The translations under genes were made by a program, and so were the position numbers. Below the pieces are notes generated by a model. The model saw only the letters and a program-made list of their open reading frames with translations, did no database searches and was not told where the DNA came from. Shown here piece after piece: positions 22,061 through 36,500 of a stretch of 64,000 bases of DNA. Every line of letters starts with the position of its first letter. Position 1 is the first letter of the stretch. Origin of the DNA: Auanema rhodensis (taxonomy: Eukaryota; Animalia; Nematoda); NCBI GenBank assembly GCA_964057225.1, contig OZ059899.1:20088001-20152000 (forward strand). The letters are read 5' to 3'.

Positions 22061-25000
22061 TTTAATTTATGCTAATTAAATGTACACGTGGTGTGCACTC
22101 GGTATGTAACTCGCTTCACGTGAAATATAAAGAGATGCGGTTTTTAAAATTAGATTCCCCATGTCCATATTAGTCTAAAAACAATTTTTTACTGATATTG
22201 GTGCATGGTAACCATGATTTTGAAATTTACGTGAACTTTAATTTATGCTAATTAAACGTACATGTGATGTGCACTTGGTATGTAACTCGCTTCACGTGAA
22301 ATATAAAGAGATGCGGTTTTTAAAATTAGATTCCCCATGTCCATATTAGTCTAAAAACAAATTTTTTTTGATATTGGTGCATGGTAACCATGACTTTGAA
22401 ATTTACGTGAACTTTAATTTATGCTACATAAATGTACACGTAATGTGCACTTGGTATGTAACTCGCTTCACGTGAAAGATAAAAAGATGCAGTTTTTAAA
22501 ATTAGATTCCCCATGTCCATATTAGTCTAAAAACAATTTTTTACTGATATTGGTGCATGGTAACCATAACTTTGAAATTTACGTGAACTTTAATTTATGC
22601 TTATTAAACGTACACGTGGTGTGCACTCGGTATGTAACTCGCTTCACGTGAAAGATAAAGAGATGCAGTTATCAAAATTAGATTCCCCATGTCCATATTA
22701 GTCTAAAAACAAATTTTTATTGATATTGGTGCATGGTAACCATGACTTTGAAATTTACGTGAACTTTAATTTATGCTAATTAAATGTACACGTGGTGTGC
22801 ACTTGGTATGTAACTCGCTTCACGTGAAAGATAAAGAGATGCAGTTATCAAAATTAGATTCCCCATGTCCATATTAGTCTAAAAACAAATTTTTATTGAT
22901 ATTGGTGCATGGTAACCATGACTTTGAAATTTACGTGAACTTTAATTTATGCTAATTAAACGTACACGTGTTGTGCACTCGGTATGTAACTCGCTTCACG
23001 TGAAAGATAAAGAGATGCGGTTTTTAAAATTAGATTCCCCATGTCCATATTAGTCTAAAAACAATTTTTTACTGATATTGGTGCATGGTAACCATGATTT
23101 TGAAATTTACGTGAACTTTAATTTATGCTAATTAAACGTACACGTGGTGTGCACTCGGTATGTAACTCGCTTCACGTGAAAGATAAAGAGATGCGGTTTT
23201 CAAAATTAGATTCCCCATGTCCATATTAGTCTAAAAACAAATTTTTATTGATATTGGTGCATGGTAACCATGACTTTGAAATTTACGTGAACTTTAATTT
23301 ATGCTAATTAAACGTACACGTGGTGTGCACTCGGTATGTAACTCGCTTCACGTGAAAGATAAAGAGATGCGGTTTTTAAAATTAGATTCCCCATGTCCAT
23401 ATTAGTCTAAAAACAATTTTTTACTGATATTGGTGCATGGTAACCATGATTTTGAAATTTACGTGAACTTTAATTTATGCTAATTAAACGTACACGTGGT
23501 GTGCACTCGGTATGTAACTCGCTTCACGTGAAAGATAAAGAGATGCGGTTTTTAAAATTAGATTCCCCATGTCCATATTAGTCTAAAAACAATTTTTTAC
23601 TGATATTGGTGCATGGTAACCATGATTTTGAAATTTACGTGAACTTTAATTTATGCTAATTAAAAGTACACGTGGTGTGCACTCGGTATGTAACTCGCTT
23701 CACGTGAAAGATAAAGAGATGCGGTTTTCAAAATTAGATTCCCCATGTCCATATTAGTCTAAAAACAATTTTTTACTGATATTGGTGCATGGTAACCATG
23801 ATTTTGAAATTTACGTGAACTTTAATTTATGCTAATTAAACGTACATGTGATGTGCACTTGGTATGTAACTCGCTTCACGTGAAATATAAAGAGATGCGG
23901 TTTTTAAAATTAGATTCCCCATGTCCATATTAGTCTAAAAACAATTTTTTACTGATATTGGTGCATGGTAACCATGATTTTGAAATTTACGTGAACTTTA
24001 ATTTATGCTAATTAAATGTACACGTGGTGTGCACTCGGTATGTAACTCGCTTCACGTGAAATATAAAGAGATGCGGTTTTTAAAATTAGATTCCCCATGT
24101 CCATATTAGTCTAAAAACAATTTTTTACTGATATTGGTGCATGGTAACCATGATTTTGAAATTTACGTGAACTTTAATTTATGCTAATTAAACGTACATG
24201 TGATGTGCACTTGGTATGTAACTCGCTTCACGTGAAATATAAAGAGATGCGGTTTTTAAAATTAGATTCCCCATGTCCATATTAGTCTAAAAACAAATTT
24301 TTTTTGATATTGGTGCATGGTAACCATGATTTTGAAAATTACGTGAACTTTAATTTATGCTAATTAAATGTACACGTGGTGTGCACTCGGTATGTAACTC
24401 GCTTCACGTGAAAGTAAAAGAGATGCGGTTTTCAAAATTAGATTCCCGATGTCCATATTAGTCTAAAAACAAATTTTTATTGATATTGGTGCATGGTAAC
24501 CATGACTTTGAATTTTACGTGAACTTTAATTTATGCTAATTAAACGTACACGTGGTGTGCACTCGGTATGTAACTCGCTTCACGTGAAAGATAAAGAGAT
24601 GCGGTTTTCAAAATTAGATTCCCCATGTCCATATTAGTCTAAAAACAAATTTTTATTGATATTGGTGCATGGTAACCATGACTTTGAAATTTACGTGAAC
24701 TTTAATTTATGCTACATAAATCTACACGTGATGTGCACTTGGTATGTAACTTGCTTCACGTGAAAGATAAAGAGATGCGGTTTTCAAAATTAGATTCCCC
24801 ATGTCCATATTAGTCTAAAAACAAATTTTTATTGATATTGGTGCATGGTAACCATGACTTTGAAATTTACGTGAACTTTAATTTATGCTACATAAATCTA
24901 CACGTGATGTGCACTTGGTATGTAACTCGCTTCACGTGAAAGATAAAAAGATGCGGTTTTTAAAATTAGATTCCCCATGTCCATATTAGTCTAAAAACAA

Positions 25001-28000
25001 TTTTTTACTGATATTGGTGCATGGTAACCATGACTTTGAAATTTGCGTGAACTTTAATTTATGCTAATTAAACGTACACGTGGTGTGCACTCGGTATGTA
25101 ACTCGCTTCACGTGTAAGATAAAGAGATGCGGTTTTCAAAATTAGATTCCCCATGTCCATATTAGTCTAAAAACAAATTTTTATTGATATTGGTGCATGG
25201 TAACCATGACTTTGAATTTTACGTGAACTTTAATTTATGCTAATTAAACGTACACGTGGTGTGCACTCGGTATGTAACTCGCTTCACGTGAAAGATAAAG
25301 AGATGCGGTTTTCAAAATTAGATTCCCCATGTCCATATTAGTCTAAAAACAAATTTTTATTGATATTGGTGCATGGTAACCATGACTTTGAAATTTACGT
25401 GAACTTTAATTTATGCTACATAAATCTACACGTGATGTGCACTTGGTATGTAACTCGCTTCACGTGAAAGATAAAAAGATGCGGTTTTTAAAATTAGATT
25501 CCCCATGTCCATATTAGTCTAAAAACAATTTTTTACTGATATTGGTGCATGGTAACCATGACTTTGAAATTTACGTGAACTTTAATTTATGCTAATTAAA
25601 CGTACACGTGGTGTGCACTCGGTATGTAACTCGCTTCACGTGTAAGATAAAGAGATGCGGTTTTCAAAATTAGATTCCCCATGTCCATATTAGTCTAAAA
25701 ACAAATTTTTATTGATATTGGTGCATGGTAACCATGACTTTGAAATTTACGTGAACTTTAATTTATGCTAATTAAACGTACACGTGGTGTGCACTCGGTA
25801 TGTAACTCGCTTCACGTGTAAGATAAAGAGATGCGGTTTTCAAAATTAGATTCCCCATGTCCATATTAGTCTAAAAACAAATTTTTATTGATATTGGTGC
25901 ATGGTAACCATGACTTTGAAATTTACGTGAACTTTAATTTATGCTAATTAAACGTACACGTGGTGTGCACTCGGTATGTAACTCGCTTCACGTGTAAGAT
26001 AAAGAGATGCGGTTTTCGAAATTAGATTCCCCATGTCCATATTAGTCTAAAAACAAATTTTTATTGATATTGGTGCATGGTAACCATGATTTTGAAATTT
26101 ACGTGAACTTTAATTCATGCTAATTAAATGTACACGTGGTGTGCACTCGGTATGTAACTCGCTTCACGTGAAAGATAAAGAGATGCAGTTATCAAAATTA
26201 GATTCCCCATGTCCATATTAGTCTAAAAACAAATTTTTATTGATATTGGTGCATGGTAACCATGACTTTGAAATTTACGTGAACTTTAATTTATGCTAAT
26301 TAAACGTACACGTGGTGTGCACTCGGTATGTAACTCGCTTCACGTGTAAGATAAAGAGATGCGGTTTTCAAAATTAGATTCCCCATGTCCATATTAGTCT
26401 AAAAACAAATTTTTATTGATATTGGTGCATGGTAACCATGATTTTGAAATTTACGTGAACTTTAATTCATGCTAATCAAATGTACACGTGGTGTGCACTC
26501 GGTATGTAACTCGCTTCACGTGAAAGATAAAGAGATGCAGTTATCAAAATTAGATTCCCCATGTACATATTAGTCTAAAAACAATTTTTTACTGATATTG
26601 GTGCATGGTAACCATGATTTTGAAATTTACGTGAACTTTAATTTTTGCTAATTAAACGTACACGTGATGTGCACTTGGTATGTAACTCGCTTCACGTGAA
26701 AGATAAAGAGATGCGGTTTTTAAAATTAGATTCCCCATGTCCATATTAGTCTAAAAACAATTTTTTACTGATATTGGTGCATGGTAACCATGATTTTGAA
26801 ATTTACGTGAACTTTAATTTATGCTAATTAAACGTACACGTGGTGTGCACTCGGTATGTAACTCGCTTCACGTGAAAGATAAAGAGATGCGGTTCTCAAA
26901 ATTAGATTCCCCATGTCCATATTAGTCTAAAAACAAATTTTTATTGATATTGGTGCATGGTAACCATGACTTTGAAATTTACGTGAACTTTAATTTATGC
27001 TAATTAAACGTACACGTGGTGTGCACTCGGTATGTAACTCGCTTCACGTGAAAGATAAAGAGATGCGGTTTTCAAAATTAGATTCCCCATGTCCATATTA
27101 GTCTAAAAACAAATTTTTTTTGATATTGGTGCATGGTAACCATGATTTTGAAATTTACGTGAACTTTAATTTATGCTAATTAAATGTACACGTGGTGTGC
27201 ACTTGGTATGTAACTCGCTTCACGTGAAAGATAAAGAGATGCGGTTTTCAAAATTAGATTCCCCATGTCCATATTAGTCTAAAAACAAATTTTTATTGAT
27301 ATTGGTGCATGGTAACCATGACTTTGAATTTTACGTGAACTTTAATTTATGCTAATTAAACGTACACGTGGTGTGCACTCGGTATGTAACTCGCTTAACG
27401 TGAAAGATAGAAAGATGCGGTTTTCAAAATTAGATTCCCCATGTCCATATTAGTCTAAAAACAAATTTTTATTGATATTGGTGCATGGTAACCATGACTT
27501 TGAAATTTACGTGAACTTTAATTTATGCTACATAAATCTACACGTGATGTGCACTTGGTATGTAACTCGCTTCACGTGAAAGATAAAAAGATGCGGTTTT
27601 TAAAATTAGATTCCCCATGTCCATATTAGTCTAAAAACAATTTTTTACTGATATTGGTGCATGGTAACCATGACTTTGAAATTTACGTGAACTTTAATTT
27701 ATGCTACATAAATCTACACGTGATGTGCACTTGGTATGTAACTCGCTTCACGTGAAAGATAAAAAGATGCGGTTTTCAAAATTAGATTCCCCATGTCCAT
27801 ATTAGTCTAAAAACAAATTTTTATTGATATTGGTGCATGGTAACCAAGATTTTGAAATTTACGTGAACTTTAATTTATGCTAATTAAACGTACACGTGGT
27901 GTGCACTCGATATGTAACTCGCTTCACGTGTAAGATAAAGAGATGCGGTTTTCAAAATTAGATTCCCCATGTCCATATTAGTCTAAAAACAAATTTTTTT

Positions 28001-29899
28001 TTGATATTGGTGCATGGTAACCATGACTTTGAAATTTACGTGAACTTTAATTTATGCTACATAAATCTACACGTGATGTGCACTTGGTATGTAACTCGCT
28101 TCACGTGAAAGATAAAAAGATGCGGTTTTTAAAATTAGATTCCCCATGTCCATATTAGTCTAAAAACAATTTTTTACTGATATTGGTGCATGGTAACCAT
28201 GACTTTGAAATTTACGTGAACTTTAATTTATGCTAATTAAACGTACACGTGGTGTGCACTCGGTATGTAACTCGCTTCACGTGAAAGATAAAGAGATGCG
28301 GTTTTCAAAATTAGATTCCCCATGTCCATATTAGTCTAAAAACAAATTTTTATTGATATTGGTGCATGGTAACCATGACTTTGAAATTTACGTGAACTTT
28401 AATTTATGCTACATAAATCTACACGTGATGTGCACTTGGTATGTAACTCGCTTCACGTGAAAGATAAAAAGATGCGGTTTTCAAAATTAGATTCCCCATG
28501 TCCATATTAGTCTAAAAACAAATTTTTATTGATATTGGTGCATGGTAACCAAGATTTTGAAATTTACGTGAACTTTAATTTATGCTAATTAAACGTACAC
28601 GTGGTGTGCACTCGATATGTAACTCGCTTCACGTGTAAGATAAAGAGATGCGGTTTTCAAAATTAGATTCCCCATGTCCATATTAGTCTAAAAACAATTT
28701 TTTACTGATATTGGTGCATGGTAACCATGACTTTGAAATTTACGTGAACTTTAATTTATGCTAATTAAACGTACACGTGGTGTGCACTTGGTATGTAACT
28801 CGCTTCACGTGAAAGATAAAGAGATGCGGTTTTCAAAATTAGATTCCCCATGTCCATATTAGTCTAAAAACAAATTTTTATTGATATTGGTGCATGGTAA
28901 CCATGACTTTGAATTTTACGTGAACTTTAATTTATGCTAATTAAACGTACACGTGGTGTGCACTCGGTATGTAACTCGCTTCACGTGAAAGATAGAAAGA
29001 TGCGGTTTTCAAAATTAGATTCCCCATGTCCATATTAGTCTAAAAACAAATTTTTATTGATATTGGTGCATGGTAACCATGACTTTGAAATTTACGTGAA
29101 CTTTAATTTATGCTACATAAATCTACACGTGATGTGCACTTGGTATGTAACTCGCTTCACGTGAAAGATAAAAAGATGCGGTTTTTAAAATTAGATTCCC
29201 CATGTCCATATTAGTCTAAAAACAATTTTTTACTGATATTGGTGCATGGTAACCATGACTTTGAAATTTACGTGAACTTTAATTTATGCTAATTAAACGT
29301 ACACGTGGTGTGCACTCGGTATGTAACTCGCTTCACGTGTAAGATAAAGAGATGCGGTTTTCAAAATTAGATTCCCCATGTCCATATTAGTCTAAAAACA
29401 AATTTTTATTGATATTGGTGCATGGTAACCATGATTTTGAAATTTACGTGAACTTTAATTTATGCTAATTAAACGTACACGTGGTGTGCACTCGATATGT
29501 AACTCGCTTCACGTGAAAGATAGAAAGATGCGGTTTTTAAAATTAGATTCCCCATGTCCATATTAGTCTAAAAACAATTTTTTACTGATATTGGTGCATG
29601 GTAACCATGACTTTGAAATTTACGTGAACTTTAATTTATGCTAATTAAACGTACACGTGGTGTGCACTCGGTATGTAACTCGCTTCACGTGTAAGATAAA
29701 GAGATGCGGTTTTCAAAATTAGATTCCCCATGTCCATATTAGTCTAAAAACAAATTTTTATTGATATTGGTGCATGGTAACCATGACTTTGAAATTTACG
29801 TGAACTTTAATTTATGCTAATTAAACGTACACGTGGTGTGCACTCGGTATGTAACTCGCTTCACGTGTAAGATAAAGAGATGCGGTTTTCAAAATTAGA

Positions 29900-32800
29900 T
29901 TCCCCACGTCCATATTAGTCTAAAAACAAATTTTAATTGATATTGGTGCATGGTAACCATGACTTTGAAATTTACGTGAACTTTAATTTATGCTAATTAA
30001 ACGTACACGTGGTGTGCACTCGGTATGTAACTCGCTTCACGTGAAAGATAAAGAGATGCAGTTATCAAAATTAGATTCCCCATGTCCATATTAGTCTAAA
30101 AACAAATTTTTATTGATATTGGTGCATGGTAACCATGACTTTGAAATTTACGTGAACTTTAATTTATGCTAATTAAACGTACACGTGTTGTGCACTCGGT
30201 ATGTAACTCGCTTCACGTGGAAGATGAAGAGATGCGGTTTTCAAAATTAGATTCCCCATGTCCATACTAGTCTAAAAACAATTTTTTACTGATATTGGTG
30301 CATGGTAACCATGATTTTGAAATTTACGTGAACTTTAATTTATGCTAATTAAACGTACACGTGATGTGCACTTGGTATGTAACTCGCTTCACGTGTAAGA
30401 TAAAGAGATGCGGTTTTCAAAATTAGATTCCCCACGTCCATATTAGTCTAAAAACAAATTTTTATTGATATTGGTGCATGGTAACCATGACTTTGAAATT
30501 TACGTGAACTTTAATTTATGCTAATTAAACGTACACGTGGTGTGCACTCGGTATGTAACTCGCTTCACGTGTAAGATAAAGAGATGCGGTTTTCAAAATT
30601 AGATTCCCCATGTCCATATTAGTCTAAAAACAAATTTTTATTGATATTGGTGCATGGTAACCATGACTTTGAAATTTACGTGAACTTTAATTTATGCTAA
30701 TTAAACGTACACGTGGTGTGCACTCGGTATGTAACTCGCTTCACGTGTAAGATAAAGAGATGCGGTTTTCAAAATTAGATTCCCCATGTCCATATTAGTC
30801 TAAAAACAAATTTTTATTGATATTGGTGCATGGTAACCATGACTTTGAAATTTACGTGAACTTTAATTTATGCTAATTAAACGTACACGTGGTGTGCACT
30901 CGGTATGTAACTCGCTTCACGTGTAAGATAAAGAGATGCGGTTTTCAAAATTAGATTCCCCATGTCCATATTAGTCTAAAAACAAATTTTTATTGATATT
31001 GGTGCATGGTAACCATGATTTTGAAATTTACGTGAACTTTAATTCATGCTAATTAAATGTACACGTGGTGTGCACTCGGTATGTAACTCGCTTCACGTGA
31101 AAGATAAAGAGATGCAGTTATCAAAATTAGATTCCCCATGTCCATATTAGTCTAAAAACAATTTTTTACTGATATTGGTGCATGGTAACCATGATTTTGA
31201 AATTTACGTGAACTTTAATTTATGCTAATTAAACGTACACGTGATCTGCACTTGGTATGTAACTCGCTTCACGTGAAAGATAAAGAGATGCGGTTTTTAA
31301 AATTAGATTCCCCATGTCCATATTAGTCTAAAAACAATTTTTTACTGATATTGGTGCATGGTAACCATGATTTTGAAATTTACGTGAACTTTAATTTATG
31401 CTAATTAAACGTACACGTGGTGTGCACTCGGTATGTAACTCGCTTCACGTGAAAGATAAAGAGATGCGGTTCTCAAAATTAGATTCCCCATGTCCATATT
31501 AGTCTAAAAACAAATTTTTATTGATATTGGTGCATGGTAACCATGACTTTGAATTTTACGTGAACTTTAATTTATGCTAATTAAACGTACACGTGGTGTG
31601 CACTCGGTATGTAACTCGCTTCACGTGAAAGATAGAAAGATGCGGTTTTCAAAATTAGATTCCCCATGTCCATATTAGTCTAAAAACAAATTTTTATTGA
31701 TATTGGTGCATGGTAACCATGACTTTGAAATTTACGTGAACTTTAATTTATGCTACATAAATCTACACGTGATGTGCACTTGGTATGTAACTCGCTTCAC
31801 GTGAAAGATAAAAAGATGCGGTTTTTAAAATTAGATTCCCCATGTCCATATTAGTCTAAAAACAATTTTTTACTGATATTGGTGCATGGTAACCATGACT
31901 TTGAAATTTACGTGAACTTTAATTTATGCTAATTAAACGTACACGTGGTGTGCACTCGGTATGTAACTCGCTTCACGTGTAAGATAAAGAGATGCGGTTT
32001 TCAAAATTAGATTCCCCATGTCCATATTAGTCTAAAAACAAATTTTAATTGATATTGGTGCATGGTAACCATGACTTTGAAATTTACGTGAACTTTAATT
32101 TATGCTAATTAAACGTACACGTGGTGTGCACTCGGTATGTAACTCGCTTCACGTGAAAGATAAAGAGATGCAGTTATCAAAATTAGATTCCCCATGTCCA
32201 TATTAGTCTAAAAACAAATTTTTATTGATATTGGTGCATGGTAACCATGACTTTGAAATTTACGTGAACTTTAATTTATGCTAATTAAACGTACACGTGT
32301 TGTGCACTCGGTATGTAACTCGCTTCACGTGGAAGATGAAGAGATGCGGTTTTCAAAATTAGATTCCCCATGTCCATACTAGTCTAAAAACAATTTTTTA
32401 CTGATATTGGTGCATGGTAACCATGATTTTGAAATTTACGTGAACTTTAATTTATGCTAATTAAACGTACACGTGATGTGCACTTGGTATGTAACTCGCT
32501 TCACGTGTAAGATAAAGAGATGCGGTTTTCAAAATTAGATTCCCCACGTCCATATTAGTCTAAAAACAAATTTTTATTGATATTGGTGCATGGTAACCAT
32601 GACTTTGAAATTTACGTGAACTTTAATTTATGCTAATTAAACGTACACGTGGTGTGCACTCGGTATGTAACTCGCTTCACGTGTAAGATAAAGAGATGCG
32701 GTTTTCAAAATTAGATTCCCCATGTCCATATTAGTCTAAAAACAAATTTTTATTGATATTGGTGCATGGTAACCATGACTTTGAAATTTACGTGAACTTT

Positions 32801-33570
32801 AATTTATGCTAATTAAACGTACACGTGGTGTGCACTCGGTATGTAACTCGCTTCACGTGTAAGATAAAGAGATGCGGTTTTCAAAATTAGATTCCCCATG
32901 TCCATATTAGTCTAAAAACAAATTTTTATTGATATTGGTGCATGGTAACCATGACTTTGAAATTTACGTGAACTTTAATTTATGCTAATTAAACGTACAC
33001 GTGGTGTGCACTCGGTATGTAACTCGCTTCACGTGTAAGATAAAGAGATGCGGTTTTCAAAATTAGATTCCCCATGTCCATATTAGTCTAAAAACAAATT
33101 TTTATTGATATTGGTGCATGGTAACCATGATTTTGAAATTTACGTGAACTTTAATTCATGCTAATTAAATGTACACGTGGTGTGCACTCGGTATGTAACT
33201 CGCTTCACGTGAAAGATAAAGAGATGCAGTTATCAAAATTAGATTCCCCATGTCCATATTAGTCTAAAAACAATTTTTTACTGATATTGGTGCATGGTAA
33301 CCATGATTTTGAAATTTACGTGAACTTTAATTTATGCTAATTAAACGTACACGTGATGTGCACTTGGTATGTAACTCGCTTCACGTGAAAGATAAAGAGA
33401 TGCGGTTTTTAAAATTAGATTCCCCATGTCCATATTAGTCTAAAAACAATTTTTTACTGATATTGGTGCATGGTAACCATGATTTTGAAATTTACGTGAA
33501 CTTTAATTTATGCTAATTAAACGTACACGTGGTGTGCACTCGGTATGTAACTCGCTTCACGTGAAAGATA
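29900..33570. repeat. Duplicated block in satellite B, offset 2112 bp (12 monomers)
   Basis: Rare variants at 29935/32047, 30267/32379 and 30435/32547 are all offset by 2112 bp. Confidence 0.85.
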
Positions 33571-36500
33571 AAGAGATGCGGTTTTCAAAATTAGATTCCC
33601 CATGTCCATATTAGTCTAAAAACAAATTTTTATTGATATTGGTGCATGGTAACCATGACTTTGAAATTTACGTGAACTTTAATTTATGCTTATTAAACGT
33701 ACACGTGGTGTGCACTCGGTATGTAACTCGCTTCACGTGAAAGATAAAGAGATGCGGTTTTCAAAATTAGATTCCCCATGTCCATATTAGTCTAAAAACA
33801 AATTTTTTTTGATATTGGTGCATGGTAACCATGATTTTGAAATTTACGTGAACTTTAATTTATGCTAATTAAATGTACACGTGGTGTGCACTCGGTATGT
33901 AACTCGCTTCACGTGAAAGATAAAGAGATGCGGTTTTCAAAATTAGATTCCCCATTTCCATATTAGTCTAAAAACAAATTTTCATTGATATTGGTGCATG
34001 GTAACCATGACTTTGAAATTTACGTGAACTTTAATTTATGCTAATTAAACGTACACGTGGTGTGCACTCGGTATGTAACTCGCTTCACGTGTAAGATAAA
34101 GAGATGCAGTTTTCAAAATTAGATTCCCCATGTCCATATTAGTCTAAAAACAAATTTTTATTGATATTGGTGCATGGTAACCATGACTTTGAAATTTACG
34201 TGAACTTTAATTTATGCTACATATATGTACACGTGATGTGCACTTGGTATGTAACTCGCTTCACGTGAAAGATAAAAAGATGCAGTTTTTAAAATTAGAT
34301 TCCCCATGTCCATATTAGTCTAAAAACAATTTTTTACTGATATTGGTGCATGGTAACCATAACTTTGAAATTTACGTGAACTTTAATTTATGCTAATTAA
34401 ACGTACACGTGATGTGCACTTGGTATGTAACTCGCTTCACGTGTAAGATAAAGAGATGCGGTTTTCAAAATTAGATTCCCCACGTCCATATTAGTCTAAA
34501 AACAAATTTTTATTGATATTGGTGCATGGTAACCATGACTTTGAAATTTACGTGAACTTTAATTTATGCTAATTAAACGTACACGTGGTGTGCACTCGGT
34601 ATGTAACTCGCTTCACGTGTAAGATAAAGAGATGCGGTTTTCAAAATTAGATTCCCCATGTCCATATTAGTCTAAAAACAAATTTTTATTGATATTGGTG
34701 CATGGTAACCATGACTTTGAAATTTACGTGAACTTTAATTTATGCTAATTAAACGTACACGTGGTGTGCACTCGGTATGTAACTCGCTTCACGTGTAAGA
34801 TAAAGAGATGCGGTTTTCAAAATTAGATTCCCCATGTCCATATTAGTCTAAAAACAAATTTTTATTGATATTGGTGCATGGTAACCATGACTTTGAAATT
34901 TACGTGAACTTTAATTTATGCTAATTAAACGTACACGTGGTGTGCACTCGGTATGTAACTCGCTTCACGTGTAAGATAAAGAGATGCGGTTTTCAAAATT
35001 AGATTCCCCATGTCCATATTAGTCTAAAAACAAATTTTTATTGATATTGGTGCATGGTAACCATGACTTTGAAATTTACGTGAACTTTAATTTATGCTAA
35101 TTAAACGTACACGTGGTGTGCACTCGGTATGTAACTCGCTTCACGTGTAAGATAAAGAGATGCGGTTTTCAAAATTAGATTCCCCATGTCCATATTAGTC
35201 TAAAAACAAATTTTTATTGATATTGGTGCATGGTAACCATGATTTTGAAATTTACGTGAACTTTAATTTATGCTAATTAAACGTACACGTGATGTGCACT
35301 TGGTTTGTAACTCGCTTCACGTGAAAGATAAAGAGATGCGGTTTTTAAAATTAGATTCCCCATGTCCATATTAGTCTAAAAACAAATTTTTATTGATATT
35401 GGTGCATGGTAACCATGACTTTGAAATTTACGTGAACTTTAATTTATGCTACATAAATCTACACGTGATGTGCACTTGGTATGTAACTCGCTTCACGTGA
35501 AAGATAAAGAGATGCGGTTTTCAAAATTAGATTCCCCATGTCCATATTAGTCTAAAAACAAATTTTTATTGATATTGGTGCATGGTAACCATGACTTTGA
35601 AATTTACGTGAACTTTAATTTATGCTACATAAATCTACACGTGATGTGCACTTGGTATGTAACTCGCTTCACGTGAAAGATAAAGAGATGCGGTTCTCAA
35701 AATTAGATTCCCCATGTCCATATTAGTCTAAAAACAAATTTTTATTGATATTGGTGCATGGTAACCATGACTTTGAAATTTACGTGAACTTTAATTTATG
35801 CTTATTAAACGTACACGTGGTGTGCACTCGGTATGTAACTCGCTTCACGTGAAAGATAAAGAGATGCGGTTTTCAAAATTAGATTCCCCATGTCCATATT
35901 AGTCTAAAAACAAATTTTTTTTGATATTGGTGCATGGTAACCATGATTTTGAAATTTACGTGAACTTTAATTTATGCTAATTAAACGTACACGTGGTGTG
36001 CACTCGATATGTAACTCGCTTCACGTGTAAGATAAAGAGATGCGGTTTTCAAAATTAGATTCCCCATTTCCATATTAGTCTAAAAACAAATTTTCATTGA
36101 TATTGGTGCATGGTAACCATGACTTTGAAATTTACGTGAACTTTAATTTATGCTAATTAAACGTACACGTGGTGTGCACTCGGTATGTAACTCGCTTCAC
36201 GTGTAAGATAAAGAGATGCAGTTTTCAAAATTAGATTCCCCATGTCCATATTAGTCTAAAAACAATTTTTTACTGATATTGGTGCATGGTAACCATGACT
36301 TTGAAATTTACGTGAACTTTAATTTATGCTAATTAAACGTACACGTGGTGTGCACTCGGTATGTAACTCGCTTCACGTGTAAGATAAAGAGATGCGGTTT
36401 TCAAAATTAGATTCCCCATGTCCATATTAGTCTTAAAACAAATTTTTATTGATATTGGTGCATGGTAACCATGACTTTGAAATTTACGTGAACTTTAATT

